Assembly (NCBI GenBank): GCA_964441735.1
Contig: CAYTVB010000001.1
Location: forward strand, 1,164-65,163
Direction: 5' to 3'
DNA: 64,000 nt
Origin: an uncultured Thermotogaceae bacterium
GTDB lineage: Bacteria > Thermotogota > Thermotogae > Petrotogales > Kosmotogaceae
Part shown: piece by piece, positions 36,785-46,758 of the stretch
How positions within the stretch are numbered: position 1 is the stretch's first letter
How the letters are laid out: each line of letters opens with the position of its first letter
The notes under the pieces: generated by a model
What the model saw: only the letters and a program-made list of their open reading frames with translations
Database searches by the model: none
What the model was told of the DNA's origin: nothing
Translations under genes and position numbers: made by a program

Positions 36785-37823
36785 CTATTTTCACCTTCTT
36801 GCGACTTTTTATGAAAGAGAGCAATCCTTCAGCCGTAACCAGGTAAAATACCACAGCCTGTATTATCCTTGCCACTTCTGGTGTAATATCTGATAGCAAT
36901 GATCCCACGTTGGCACCACTTTCGAGAAAGGCGAAGAATAAAGCTGCAGGTATCACGAGAAGTGGATTACTCCTTGCCAGTAATGCTACAGCTATACCGT
37001 TCCAGCCGTAACCAGCCGAAAAACCTCTGATAACCCTTCCGTGAATTCCAAACACATCGATCATTCCTGCCAGACCTGCAAGAATACCGCTAATCATCAT
37101 TGAAATGACTATAATTTTACCCACGGATATGCCAGCATACCTGGAAAAATATCTGTTTCTGCCTGTGATACAAATTTCAAAGCCCAGGTTACTCTTTTTA
37201 CAGACAAAGTACATGAATACTACTATTCCTATAGCTATGAAAATTCCAGTATGTAGATTTGAAGGTGAAAGTATTTTCGATAACATAAGATCTTCTGAAA
37301 AATAAGGCGAAGATGAAAGACCTGCCATAGGGTCTTTGAATGGTCCTTCTAGAAAAAAATCGGTTACATATATCAAGGTATAACTAACCAAAAGTGAGGA
37401 AATTAGTTCATTAACATTCCATTTGGATTTTAAATAACCTGAAAAAGCAGCTATTAAACCGCCGACAAAGGCTGAGACGACAAGAACTACTATTATTAAG
37501 AGAAATGAAGGTAATGATGAGAACTTTATCGCGACAAAAGTTCCCGCTAGTGCTGAAAAATAGAGTTGCCCTTCAAGCCCCAGGTTGAAAGCCGATGCTG
37601 AAAACGCTATACTGGCAGCCAGGCCTGTCAATATTAGAGGTACTGATGAAGCCAGCATATTTCCAAAAAAGTATGAATTGCTGAAAGGTCCCCTAAAAAA
37701 AGCATCGATTGCAGTTAATGGTTCAGAACTGGTAAATGAAATCGTTATTATTCCAATAACCAATGAAATGGCAATAGTTATAAAAGCTTTAATCAATTCA
37801 ATTGTTTTATTCATAATGTACAT
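36777..37823 (-). CDS. ABC transporter permease (BMP/nucleoside-type, YufP-like)
   Basis: Polytopic, 348 aa. Overlaps both neighbouring genes. Confidence 0.75.
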   Translation of the reverse strand: MYIMNKTIELIKAFITIAISLVIGIITISFTSSEPLTAIDAFFRGPFSNSYFFGNMLASSVPLILTGLAASIAFSASAFNLGLEGQLYFSALAGTFVAIKFSSLPSFLLIIVVLVVSAFVGGLIAAFSGYLKSKWNVNELISSLLVSYTLIYVTDFFLEGPFKDPMAGLSSSPYFSEDLMLSKILSPSNLHTGIFIAIGIVVFMYFVCKKSNLGFEICITGRNRYFSRYAGISVGKIIVISMMISGILAGLAGMIDVFGIHGRVIRGFSAGYGWNGIAVALLARSNPLLVIPAALFFAFLESGANVGSLLSDITPEVARIIQAVVFYLVTAEGLLSFIKSRKKVKIDD

Positions 37824-39361
37824 TTTCCTTCTTTTTCTTGATGCAAACCCATCATATACTCACCAATTTCAGCTTTCGTAAGATCCTTATTATTTTTGAA
37901 TGATGCGACAATTTTTCCACTGTACATTACCAGAATCCTGTCGGAAAGATTTAGTATTTCGTCCAGATTTCCTGATATCAATAAGATTCCTTTATTTTTT
38001 TCTTTCAGTTTAATAAGAGAAGAATAAACGAATTCTATTGATCTCACATCCAGACCCCAGGTTGGCTCACACACAACAAGAACCTCTGGATCACTTGAAA
38101 ACTCCCTTGCAATAATTAATTTTTGAATGTTACCTCCGGAAAGCATTCCAACATTTATGTTTAATGAAGGGGTTTTGATATTGTATTTTTCTATGAGGTT
38201 TTCTATAAATGAACGTGAATTCTCGAAATCTATCCAGCCTTTATTTGAGAAATCCTCAGTATAATATCTTGTTGCAAGTACATTTTCCAGAACCGATGAA
38301 GAAACTGACACACCAATTTTCATTCGATCTTCAGGAATATAAGAAAGTCCCGCTTCTCTTCTTTGACGTGTATTCATATTTGTGATTTCTTTATTACATA
38401 GTATTATTTGTCCTTCTCCTGGTTTTATTAATCCCATCAGAGATTCAGTGAGATAAAACTGGCCATTTCCCGCAACACCAGCTATTCCAACAATCTCCGC
38501 TTTTCCCACAGTAATATTTACATTTCTTAATCTTTCAATATTCTCTGAATCCATTAAGGAAAGATTATTGACCTCAAGGAGTATTTCAGGTTCTTCTTTT
38601 TTCTCAATGTAAACTTTTTTGTAAATCCCTAATTCTTTTCCTACCATTAAATAAGATATTTTTTCTTTTGAATAATCTTTTATTTCTCCACTTTCAACAG
38701 TTTTACCGTTTCTCAAAATAGTAATATCATCTGATATTTTTTTTACTTCACCAAGTTTATGACTGATAAAGATAATTGTTTTTCCCTGGTCCTTAAGCAT
38801 TCGAACAGTATTGAAGAGCTCCTCTGTTTCCTGTTCGGTCAGGACAGAAGTAGGTTCATCAAGTATGATTATCCTGGCGCCTCTATACAAAACTCTCAGT
38901 ATTTCAACTTTTTGTTTTTCACCTATGGATAAATTTTTTACCTTCAATTCTGGTGTAATAATTAGACCACTTTCATTTGATAAGCGGCAAATTTCTTCAC
39001 TAATAGTTTTATCATCAACTAATCCTTTTTTTGTTTTCTCTATCCCCAGGGAGATATTTTCAGTAATGGTGAAATCTTCTACGAGTCTAAAATGCTGGTG
39101 AACCATTCCCAATCCGTATTTAAAGCCCTGGCGTGGATCAGAAATATTCAACTCTTTTCCTTCGAGTATAATTTCACCTTCGTTTTTATGTTCGATACCA
39201 CAGAGAATTTTCATCATAGTCGTTTTACCAGCGCCATTTTCTCCGACGAGAGCATGAATTCTTGAGCTTTTTACAAGTAGATTTGCTCCTTTTAATGCTG
39301 CTACATTATTTGATTCGTATATTTTGTGTATGTTTTTCATTTGTAGTATGTGGTCTTTCAT
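37811..39361 (-). CDS. ABC transporter ATP-binding protein with duplicated ATPase domains
   Basis: Walker A GENGAGKTT, LSIGEKQKVEI signature and a second LSGGNIQK signature. ATG 39361 lies 7 nt after GGAGG, so it is preferred over the longer ORF. Confidence 0.85.
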   Translation of the reverse strand: MKDHILQMKNIHKIYESNNVAALKGANLLVKSSRIHALVGENGAGKTTMMKILCGIEHKNEGEIILEGKELNISDPRQGFKYGLGMVHQHFRLVEDFTITENISLGIEKTKKGLVDDKTISEEICRLSNESGLIITPELKVKNLSIGEKQKVEILRVLYRGARIIILDEPTSVLTEQETEELFNTVRMLKDQGKTIIFISHKLGEVKKISDDITILRNGKTVESGEIKDYSKEKISYLMVGKELGIYKKVYIEKKEEPEILLEVNNLSLMDSENIERLRNVNITVGKAEIVGIAGVAGNGQFYLTESLMGLIKPGEGQIILCNKEITNMNTRQRREAGLSYIPEDRMKIGVSVSSSVLENVLATRYYTEDFSNKGWIDFENSRSFIENLIEKYNIKTPSLNINVGMLSGGNIQKLIIAREFSSDPEVLVVCEPTWGLDVRSIEFVYSSLIKLKEKNKGILLISGNLDEILNLSDRILVMYSGKIVASFKNNKDLTKAEIGEYMMGLHQEKEGKCTL

Positions 39362-39389
39362 AATCTGTCCTCCAGAAAATAGCGAAAGA

Positions 39390-39413
39390 GGACTCCCGCA
39401 TCTACGGGAGTCC
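39390..39413 (-). promoter_or_regulatory. Intercistronic stem-loop after the binding-protein gene
   Basis: GGACTCCCG-CATCTA-CGGGAGTCC, a 9-bp GC-rich stem between the SBP stop and the ATPase RBS. Confidence 0.55.
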
Positions 39414-39423
39414 AAATTAATAA

Positions 39424-40413
39424 TTATTCCAGGATATCGATTTCTCCGCAGTAAAGTTTGGCGAAAATTAGTCTCATTTTCTCTTTAATTTCAGCGGGAA
39501 TATTGGCAAAATAATTGGGATCTTCAAAGGTAAAATCAATTGCGCCCTCTTTAATTCCCCAGCGTTCGTATGTCCCGTAAGGGAGTTCTCCTTTGTAATC
39601 TCTAATTAGAAGATCTTTGATGGCTTTATCGGCATACTTTAAGCTGCAAGCAAGAATAGTATCTGGGTCAAAATGTATGATATTTGAGTCAACACCTATG
39701 ATGTATTTGTTCATCTCAGCAGCTTTGTTTATAGCACCAACACCTGTTCCACCTGCAATTATATGAAGTATGTCTACTCCCTGTTCAAACTGTGCTTGAG
39801 CGAGCTCCTGACCTTTATTTGGGTCGGACCAGGTTCCTGCTGCTGAGAAGACCAGCTCGATTTCAGGATTTACAGCCTTTGCACCCGCGATATATGCAGG
39901 TCGCATCCTATCAGTCATTGCAGGATAAATATCACCAGCCAGCAATCCAACCTTAAGTTCAGGATTTGCTCGTTCCAAATCACTCTGAGTTATTAGTCCT
40001 GCGAAATAACCTGCAAGATAAGCCATTTCTTCGTCTTTGAATCCTAGAGAAAATACATTTGGAATCGATTCAGCTACCAGGCCATCTACAAGAGCAAAAT
40101 TCTGATTGGGGAACATTCTTGCCACTTTTGCAACACTGTTTGGCATACCTTCTGTAAAGGTAATCACAAGATCGTATTCCCCGGTTGAAGCAAGACTTAT
40201 AAGATTTGGTTCCCATTTTGCTGCGTTATATCCGCCTTCAACTACCTTTAGATCGAATCCCAGTTCCTTTGCTGCTTCTTCAGCTCCAGCCACCATCATT
40301 TCATAGATTGGATTTCCACCGACTTCACCGGTTATCATCAATGCTGCTGTGTAGGAAAAACCCATAGTGATCACAAGAGCCAAGCTTAACAAAACCAACA
40401 ATACTTTACGCAC
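39424..40413 (-). CDS. BMP-family (PnrA/Med-like) ABC transporter substrate-binding protein
   Basis: Signal/anchor sequence and a BMP-like pattern (GFDLKVVEGG..., GVDILHIIAGGTGVG). GTG start after AAGGGGGT. Confidence 0.75.
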   Translation of the reverse strand: MRKVLLVLLSLALVITMGFSYTAALMITGEVGGNPIYEMMVAGAEEAAKELGFDLKVVEGGYNAAKWEPNLISLASTGEYDLVITFTEGMPNSVAKVARMFPNQNFALVDGLVAESIPNVFSLGFKDEEMAYLAGYFAGLITQSDLERANPELKVGLLAGDIYPAMTDRMRPAYIAGAKAVNPEIELVFSAAGTWSDPNKGQELAQAQFEQGVDILHIIAGGTGVGAINKAAEMNKYIIGVDSNIIHFDPDTILACSLKYADKAIKDLLIRDYKGELPYGTYERWGIKEGAIDFTFEDPNYFANIPAEIKEKMRLIFAKLYCGEIDILE

Positions 40414-40442
40414 GTTAATACCCCCTTTGGTATTTATGCTTA

Positions 40443-41228
40443 CTATAGTAGTTCGAGAGCCTGCTTTACTGTATAGTTTTCATGAATAATAGCGCTCAAT
40501 GCCGAGGTCATTTTTCCTGGCTGAGAATGGCCCCAGATATTTCGACCAATTGCAACACCAGATGCACCACAATCTAAAGCATCTTTTACCATTTTTAGTA
40601 ATTCTTCGACATCGCCTGATTTATTACCACCGAGTACAACAATGGGTTTATAGACTCCTCTGACAGTTTCTTTAAATTTATCCATATTTTTTGGATATGC
40701 TGTTTTTATCATATCCGCACCGAGTTCCACACCTATCCTTGCTGCAAGTGCGATATTTTCAGGAGAATGAAGTTCTTTATTAAACCCTCCTGGAAGCATT
40801 TCTGCAAGCACAGGAACATTCCATTTGTGTGCATTGGCACTGATTTGTGAAAGATAATTCAATGTGTTGCTTTCGTCATCCGTTCCTGGTAATCCCATGC
40901 AGCCAACTGCGTCAGCACCTATCCTTAAAGCATCTTCTATAGAGAAAAGCTGACTGTAATGTTTTGAACCAGCACGCAACAAGGATACTCCTCCATCGAT
41001 TCTCAATATAATACCGGTGCCTTTTAAGGTACTCCAGAAATTTTTGACTATACCAAATGTAGTGAGGAAAGCGTCAGCTCCATTATTCACAATTTCTTCG
41101 AGTACTTTTTTTGTTTCTATTAGATCTGGAAACACATTCATTGCACTTCCATGATCCATAGCAACAATCAAACTTCTGTTGTCGTTTCTAAAAATATTGT
41201 ACATTCTTTTCATTGAAAAAATTTCCAT
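40443..41228 (-). CDS. Class I aldolase, DhnA/FbaB/LsrF family
   Basis: LIVAMDHG..., GADAV..., candidate Schiff-base Lys in GADMIKT, and GVAIGRNIW. ATG 41228 lies 9 nt after GGAGAG. Confidence 0.75.
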   Translation of the reverse strand: MEIFSMKRMYNIFRNDNRSLIVAMDHGSAMNVFPDLIETKKVLEEIVNNGADAFLTTFGIVKNFWSTLKGTGIILRIDGGVSLLRAGSKHYSQLFSIEDALRIGADAVGCMGLPGTDDESNTLNYLSQISANAHKWNVPVLAEMLPGGFNKELHSPENIALAARIGVELGADMIKTAYPKNMDKFKETVRGVYKPIVVLGGNKSGDVEELLKMVKDALDCGASGVAIGRNIWGHSQPGKMTSALSAIIHENYTVKQALELL

Positions 41229-41248
41229 ATACAATCACTCTCCGATCA

Positions 41249-42286
41249 TTACGAATTATTGTTTGGTAACACTACTGTTCTTTGATCATTTCCCTCTGGT
41301 TTTCTTAGAAGTTCTTTATCGAGTTCTCCCAGTTCTATAGTTTTGGTAACAAGAGCGGAAATATCAATTATTGATTTTGAAATTATCATGGCTGCTTCTC
41401 TGAAATCTTCCATGGTTCTGCCTTCAGTACCTGTTATTCTTTTTTCTGAGTAATGCAGTTTATTTATGTCAAATGACATTTCATCACTTGGATGTAGTGA
41501 TGTATATATAACAACTGTTCCCATTTTTCTTACGTAGTTCAAAGAATCGTTAATGGCTCTTGCCACAGGCGCTGTTATAAAAACAGCGTCAAATCCAAAC
41601 CCGTTATTCACTAATTTAGACATCTCTTCACATTCATCAGGTTTCATGGTTTTTATTCCAAGGGATGAAATAAAATCACGTCTTTCGTTATTGGGTTCGC
41701 TGATAACCGGAAGTGTCCCAAAAGCTTTGGCTATTTTTGCATGTAAAACACCCATTGTTCCTCCACCAAGTATTAAAACAGTATCCCCCGGTGAAAGTGA
41801 AGCCTTTTTTACACTGTGGATACAACAGGCAAGTGGTTCAGATAAAGAAAGTGTACGAAATTCTGTGTTTTTATCAACCACAAAAACCTGTTTTCTGTTA
41901 ACTATAATTAATTCAGAAAACCCTCCAGCGATAAGGAAAGTATCTCCAAGTTTTCTTCCTTTTCTTGAATTTACACAAAGATTGTCCATTCCGCGCACGC
42001 AGTAATAACAATGTCCACATCTGTTTATTGTATCTAGAGCAGCATAATCACCAATATCGATGTCGTTAACATTGTCACCAATTTCTACAATTTCCCCAGA
42101 AACCTCATGTCCACCAATTACAGGTAAAGGAACCTTTATCTTTCCTCCAAAAATTCTTCTGTCTGTTGTACAAACACCACAGGATTTTACTCTTACAAGT
42201 AATTCATCAGGTTTCAGTTTGGGTATTTCATAACTTTTCAGTTCTCCTTTTCCTGCTTCAGTAATAACAAATGCTTTAGTATTCAC
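41249..42286 (-). CDS. Zn-dependent medium-chain dehydrogenase (sorbitol/threonine dehydrogenase-like)
   Basis: CGVCTTD, GHEVSGEIV, structural-Zn cysteines CGHCYYCVRGMDNLC and GGGTMG Rossmann motif. Confidence 0.8.
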   Translation of the reverse strand: MNTKAFVITEAGKGELKSYEIPKLKPDELLVRVKSCGVCTTDRRIFGGKIKVPLPVIGGHEVSGEIVEIGDNVNDIDIGDYAALDTINRCGHCYYCVRGMDNLCVNSRKGRKLGDTFLIAGGFSELIIVNRKQVFVVDKNTEFRTLSLSEPLACCIHSVKKASLSPGDTVLILGGGTMGVLHAKIAKAFGTLPVISEPNNERRDFISSLGIKTMKPDECEEMSKLVNNGFGFDAVFITAPVARAINDSLNYVRKMGTVVIYTSLHPSDEMSFDINKLHYSEKRITGTEGRTMEDFREAAMIISKSIIDISALVTKTIELGELDKELLRKPEGNDQRTVVLPNNNS

Positions 42287-42450
42287 AATATCACCCCGTA
42301 TTTAATTCGCTAATCATCGAATTTATTTCAATAATGCCATTAAAACAACGATTACTCCAAAAACCACGAGGGCTGATTATATACGATTAGAAGAAATAAT
42401 AATTAATTATTAGCGTCAGAATACATCATACGCAAGCATTGCACCATAGT

Positions 42451-43449
42451 TTACTTATAAATAATCAGAATTAATATTGCAAAAACTATTAAAAGTATGG
42501 TCCATAATAGCGCGGCGTTGCGGAAGCCTTTTCTTGCAGTGTCTTCTTTCCACCAGACTCTTGGTTTGATACCAAATATTCTGAATGTTAAAACACTTGC
42601 AAGATTAATACAGGTAACATTGACAGCAAACAAAAGAAGAGCACCACCGGAAAGCGCAAAATTTCCATTACCCAACAACATTCCGAAGATAACCAGTGGT
42701 GGTAACAATGCTACTGAAACCATTACACCGATGAGAGATGTTAATCGTGCTGAGGTAAAGACGAGAGTACCTGCAAGCCCTGAAGCAAGAGCGAGTACAA
42801 TATCAGAAATATTCAAAAAAGTTCTTGAAGAAATTTCGTAAACGGTAGCATCTATTTCAAAGAGGAAACCAATAAAAATAGAGAAAATGAGTGCAGCAGA
42901 AAAGCGGTAAAGCATTTGTCTTAAGGCTTTGAATGATAGTTTTGTGTCTCCAAGTACTGTTCCCAAAGACAATCCAACATTGGGTCCTAACATGGGCGCT
43001 ATAACCATTGCACCAACAACTATTGCAACATTATTCCTAATTAACCCAATGGCACCAACTATAGATGCAATGATGGTAAAGGCCATTTCTGTAAACGTTG
43101 TCCCGATTGCATCTGAAACATCCGTGTATATTTCGTCGATACTTACTCCGAGCATCTTAAAGCGTTCTTCTTTTTCCTGCTGTTTCTCTTTCTCGGGTTG
43201 TTCTATTCTTGGTAGTGAAGCTTCAAGTGGAACAACCAGCAAACGGAAATTTTCATGAGAGCTAAATTTCTTGTCAAGTTTTTCTATTAATTCACCGCTC
43301 AAAGAAGAATCGATAATTAATTTAATTGCGGAAGTACCTTCATTTGTTGGATAGTACCATGAATGGTCTTTTTCATAATCCTTTACTATTTCTTCAATTT
43401 CTTCCTTTTGTTCATCTGAAAAATGAATTTCCATTAGCCTTAGAGCCAC
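42451..43449 (-). CDS. DUF389/TIGR00341-like membrane protein
   Basis: Soluble N-domain followed by Gly/Ala-rich TM helices (GAMVIAPMLGP). The family name comes from memory. Confidence 0.55.
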   Translation of the reverse strand: MALRLMEIHFSDEQKEEIEEIVKDYEKDHSWYYPTNEGTSAIKLIIDSSLSGELIEKLDKKFSSHENFRLLVVPLEASLPRIEQPEKEKQQEKEERFKMLGVSIDEIYTDVSDAIGTTFTEMAFTIIASIVGAIGLIRNNVAIVVGAMVIAPMLGPNVGLSLGTVLGDTKLSFKALRQMLYRFSAALIFSIFIGFLFEIDATVYEISSRTFLNISDIVLALASGLAGTLVFTSARLTSLIGVMVSVALLPPLVIFGMLLGNGNFALSGGALLLFAVNVTCINLASVLTFRIFGIKPRVWWKEDTARKGFRNAALLWTILLIVFAILILIIYK

Positions 43450-43595
43450 ATGATCGCCTTCTTAGAAGAATTATAGATAACGACAAATATAGGATAGCAC
43501 AGGGAATGTAAATTACAGATATGGTGGAATACTGAAAACTTTTTGAATTTTCGTGAATGTATTGCTTGAAAAAAACTAATTAAATTCAACAATAT

Positions 43596-44291
43596 TCACG
43601 TTATAAAATTAATAACTTCATCGAAGCTTTCCGCTTTTTTACATTCAAGATCTCGCACTTTTCCATCATTTTCAAAAAGAATGAAGTCTATTCCTGCTCT
43701 CCGTGCCCCAAGAAAATCACTTTCAGGGTTATCTCCTATGTATATTGATTTTTCAATAGGGACGCCTGACAGATTCGATGCTTCGAAAAATATCTTTGGA
43801 TCGGGTTTGGGTTTACCAACACGTTCAGAGGTTAGAACAAACTCTATATATTTGTCCAGATTGAGTTTTTTACTCCTGCCTTGCTGAACTCTCTCAACAC
43901 CATTTGTAATGACTGCCATTCTTTGTCCTTTTTGTTTAAGGTATTTCAGGGCGTTTTCAGCGCCTGGCATGAAAAAAGCAAGCCTTGATAATTCATCCAG
44001 ATACTCTTTGGAAGTTAATCCTGGATCACCATTATTTATGCCAGCAGATTCAAAGAATTCTTCAAAACGGGCTACGACGATATAGTCCTTTTTATATTTC
44101 CCCTGAGCAAAATAGCTCCACCACTTTTCGTTTATCTTCTCATACAGTTCTCGCATTTTTTCGTCAACAGTCAATCCATAACGTTTCATGGATCTTTTCA
44201 AGGCTTCTCTCTGCGATTTGTTGAAATCGAGTAACGTATTGTCCAGATCAAAATAAACCATTTCGTACTTCAAGATATCATTCCTTTCCAA
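43596..44291 (-). CDS. HAD-superfamily hydrolase (YjjG-like nucleotidase subfamily)
   Basis: VYFDLDNTLLDF, VITNG and GDNPESD motifs. Start is ambiguous (TTG 44291 or ATG 44261). Confidence 0.7.
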   Translation of the reverse strand: MERNDILKYEMVYFDLDNTLLDFNKSQREALKRSMKRYGLTVDEKMRELYEKINEKWWSYFAQGKYKKDYIVVARFEEFFESAGINNGDPGLTSKEYLDELSRLAFFMPGAENALKYLKQKGQRMAVITNGVERVQQGRSKKLNLDKYIEFVLTSERVGKPKPDPKIFFEASNLSGVPIEKSIYIGDNPESDFLGARRAGIDFILFENDGKVRDLECKKAESFDEVINFIT

Positions 44292-45252
44292 TTTTAAAAA
44301 TTGTTTTCATAGAATTTCTGGCATGTTCAAAGGCTTTTTTGTAATTATCCAGACTAAATTCAGAGTCAACCATGGGAGGAACATTGATTGATTTATTTTT
44401 TAGAGCTTCAATAGCTTCATGAAAATTACCACATCGTGATCCCACAAGTTTAATTTCATTGACCACAGCTGGTGAAAGATTGACACCATCATTACCTGCA
44501 TAGGTGCTTTTTAGAATAATTGTGCCTGTGGGTTTTGTTAAAAAAAGTCCTGCTTTAAGTCCTTTTGAATTCCCCGTTGCTTCAATGATGATGTCAAATT
44601 TCTTTCTGAATTCCGAAACATACTCATATTTATGATTTTTGAAGTTAATATACTTTGTACTCAAAGATGCGATTCTATCCGGATGTTTACCAAATAATAT
44701 ATGTCTTATTTGCTTTGATTCAAGGACCTGTGATATTAAAAGGCCAAGTTTTCCGTCTCCCAGAACTCCTACCATTTTATCTGAAGTAAATTCTGAACAC
44801 TCGAGTACCTGAAATGCAGCTGCCAAAGATTCGACAAATACCGCTTCGTCATCAGAAATATTTTCTGGCAGTACATGCAGGTTTTCGTTGGGCAAAACTG
44901 CGTACTCGGCGAAGACACCATTCCAGTTATCAATGCCAAGAACTCTAATATCTCTACAATGCTTTTTAAATCCTTTTTCACACATATCACAGTGACCGCA
45001 ACCTATATTTATTTCACCAACTACACGTTTGCCTGATAAATTCTTTTGTCTGCTCTTTTCGACAACTCCAACGAATTCATGTCCTGGAATACCTTTAAAA
45101 TCCATGTAACCCTTCATTATTTCCAGATCGGTATCACAAATAGCGGCCTTAATAACCTTGATCAATGAATGTGTATTGATGCCATAGTCTTTAAGATCGG
45201 GTTTTTCAATTTCCCTAAGGTGCATTTTTTTATCAAAGAACAAAGCTTTCAT
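44278..45252 (-). CDS. Zn-dependent medium-chain alcohol dehydrogenase
   Basis: ICDTDLE, GHEFVGVV and CGHCDMCEKGFKKHC. ATG immediately follows the upstream stop (TAAATG). Confidence 0.75.
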   Translation of the reverse strand: MKALFFDKKMHLREIEKPDLKDYGINTHSLIKVIKAAICDTDLEIMKGYMDFKGIPGHEFVGVVEKSRQKNLSGKRVVGEINIGCGHCDMCEKGFKKHCRDIRVLGIDNWNGVFAEYAVLPNENLHVLPENISDDEAVFVESLAAAFQVLECSEFTSDKMVGVLGDGKLGLLISQVLESKQIRHILFGKHPDRIASLSTKYINFKNHKYEYVSEFRKKFDIIIEATGNSKGLKAGLFLTKPTGTIILKSTYAGNDGVNLSPAVVNEIKLVGSRCGNFHEAIEALKNKSINVPPMVDSEFSLDNYKKAFEHARNSMKTIFKIGKE

Positions 45253-46440
45253 TTAAACACCTTCCATTGCCTGTTTAACATCAGAAATTATATCCGCTGA
45301 ATTTTCAAGACCTGCTGAAATTCTGATCGTTTTCTTTTTAAAACCAAATTCATGAAGCTTTTCTTCAGGGTAATCTCTGTGTGTCATTAAAGCAGGAATT
45401 TCTACAAGTGTTTCAGCATCTCCAAGACTAACGGCTAATTTCAACATTCTCAGTCGCTTTACAAAAGTTTTTGCAATATCAAGATTTCCCTTTAATTCAA
45501 AACTAACTATGCCTCCGAACCCCGACATTTGCTTGAGTGCAATTTGATGTCCGTGATGACTTTCAAGAGATGGATGTAATACCCTTTCAACGTTTGAATT
45601 GTTTATTAGATAATTCGTTAACTCCAGTGCGTTACTGTTATGCCTTTCCATACGAAGATGAAGGGTCTTTAACCCACGCAGAAGAAGCCATGCATCAAAG
45701 GGGCTCACAACACCTCCAAGTTCGCACATAAATCCAAATTTCAGTTTGTGTATATAATCTTGATCCCTTGATATTGCTATACCCCCGACCACATCACCGT
45801 GACCTGAAATATATTTAGTGGCACTATGGACTACTACATCAACACCGTATTCCAGAGGTCTTTGAAAGTAAGGTGTTGCAAATGTATTATCGACAACAAC
45901 TGTGATATTATGTTTCCTGGCTAACTGAACAATCGCTTTAATGTCAATGATTTCCATTGATGGATTGGTAGGGGTCTCGAAAAAAATGACTCTGGTTCTG
46001 TCTGTTATCAATGTCTCTATTTTGTTGATGTCAGTCATATCTGTAAAAACTGTTTTTATTCCATAATTGGGCAATAAAGAATTAAGTGCTGAAAATGTTG
46101 AACCATATAGATTTCTGTGGGCTATAATTTCTTCATCTTTTTTGGCAAGAGATAAAAGAACGGTTGTTATCGCAGCCATTCCAGATGAAAAAGCAACTGA
46201 ATCAATACCATTTTCTAAAGCAGCCATCCTTCGTTCAAGCAGATTTATTGTTGGATTACCGCCACGGGTATACACGTAGGCTTTTCTTTTAAAGTCAAAT
46301 GTATCTTCTGCTTGCTTAATGTCCTTAAAAGTGAATGTAGAGGTCAGATATACAGGATTATTCAGGGCTTGATGCTGGTCTTCTTCTTCACCTGCATGAA
46401 TGGCAAGGGTATCGAAGTTAAATTTTTTTCTTTTATTCAT
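45253..46440 (-). CDS. PLP-dependent Cys/Met-metabolism enzyme (methionine gamma-lyase / O-acetylhomoserine sulfhydrylase-like)
   Basis: FDTLAIHAG plus the PLP-lysine block HSATKYISGHGD. ATG 46440 lies 8 nt after AAGGGG. Confidence 0.8.
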   Translation of the reverse strand: MNKRKKFNFDTLAIHAGEEEDQHQALNNPVYLTSTFTFKDIKQAEDTFDFKRKAYVYTRGGNPTINLLERRMAALENGIDSVAFSSGMAAITTVLLSLAKKDEEIIAHRNLYGSTFSALNSLLPNYGIKTVFTDMTDINKIETLITDRTRVIFFETPTNPSMEIIDIKAIVQLARKHNITVVVDNTFATPYFQRPLEYGVDVVVHSATKYISGHGDVVGGIAISRDQDYIHKLKFGFMCELGGVVSPFDAWLLLRGLKTLHLRMERHNSNALELTNYLINNSNVERVLHPSLESHHGHQIALKQMSGFGGIVSFELKGNLDIAKTFVKRLRMLKLAVSLGDAETLVEIPALMTHRDYPEEKLHEFGFKKKTIRISAGLENSADIISDVKQAMEGV

Positions 46441-46489
46441 AAAAACAACCCCTTTTTTCATAAATACGAACTAAACTAAAAGTCATTTT

Positions 46490-46681
46490 TTAGCTGTTCA
46501 TTTTTATAAAGTACTTTATACTCCTATCCCATGTTTTTTCCTGTTCATCGGTGAAGTAACATGCAGGTAATTCACCGCGACGTTGATGGTACTCTATACA
46601 TTCACAACATTTGCCTTTTCTCGGACAACCAGGATAGGTGCAGTTGCATTTTTTAAGATTTTCATTAAGTGAGCATTCCAT
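46490..46681 (-). CDS. Small Cys-rich protein (8 Cys in 63 aa)
   Basis: [32 protein letters not shown]... Strong RBS GGAGG. Confidence 0.6.
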   Translation of the reverse strand: MECSLNENLKKCNCTYPGCPRKGKCCECIEYHQRRGELPACYFTDEQEKTWDRSIKYFIKMNS

Positions 46682-46758
46682 TATATAACCTCCTGTCTTG
46701 ATATTCGTGTGATATTATTTTACCAAAGAAAAGGAATATGGAGTGGGAGGATTATTAA

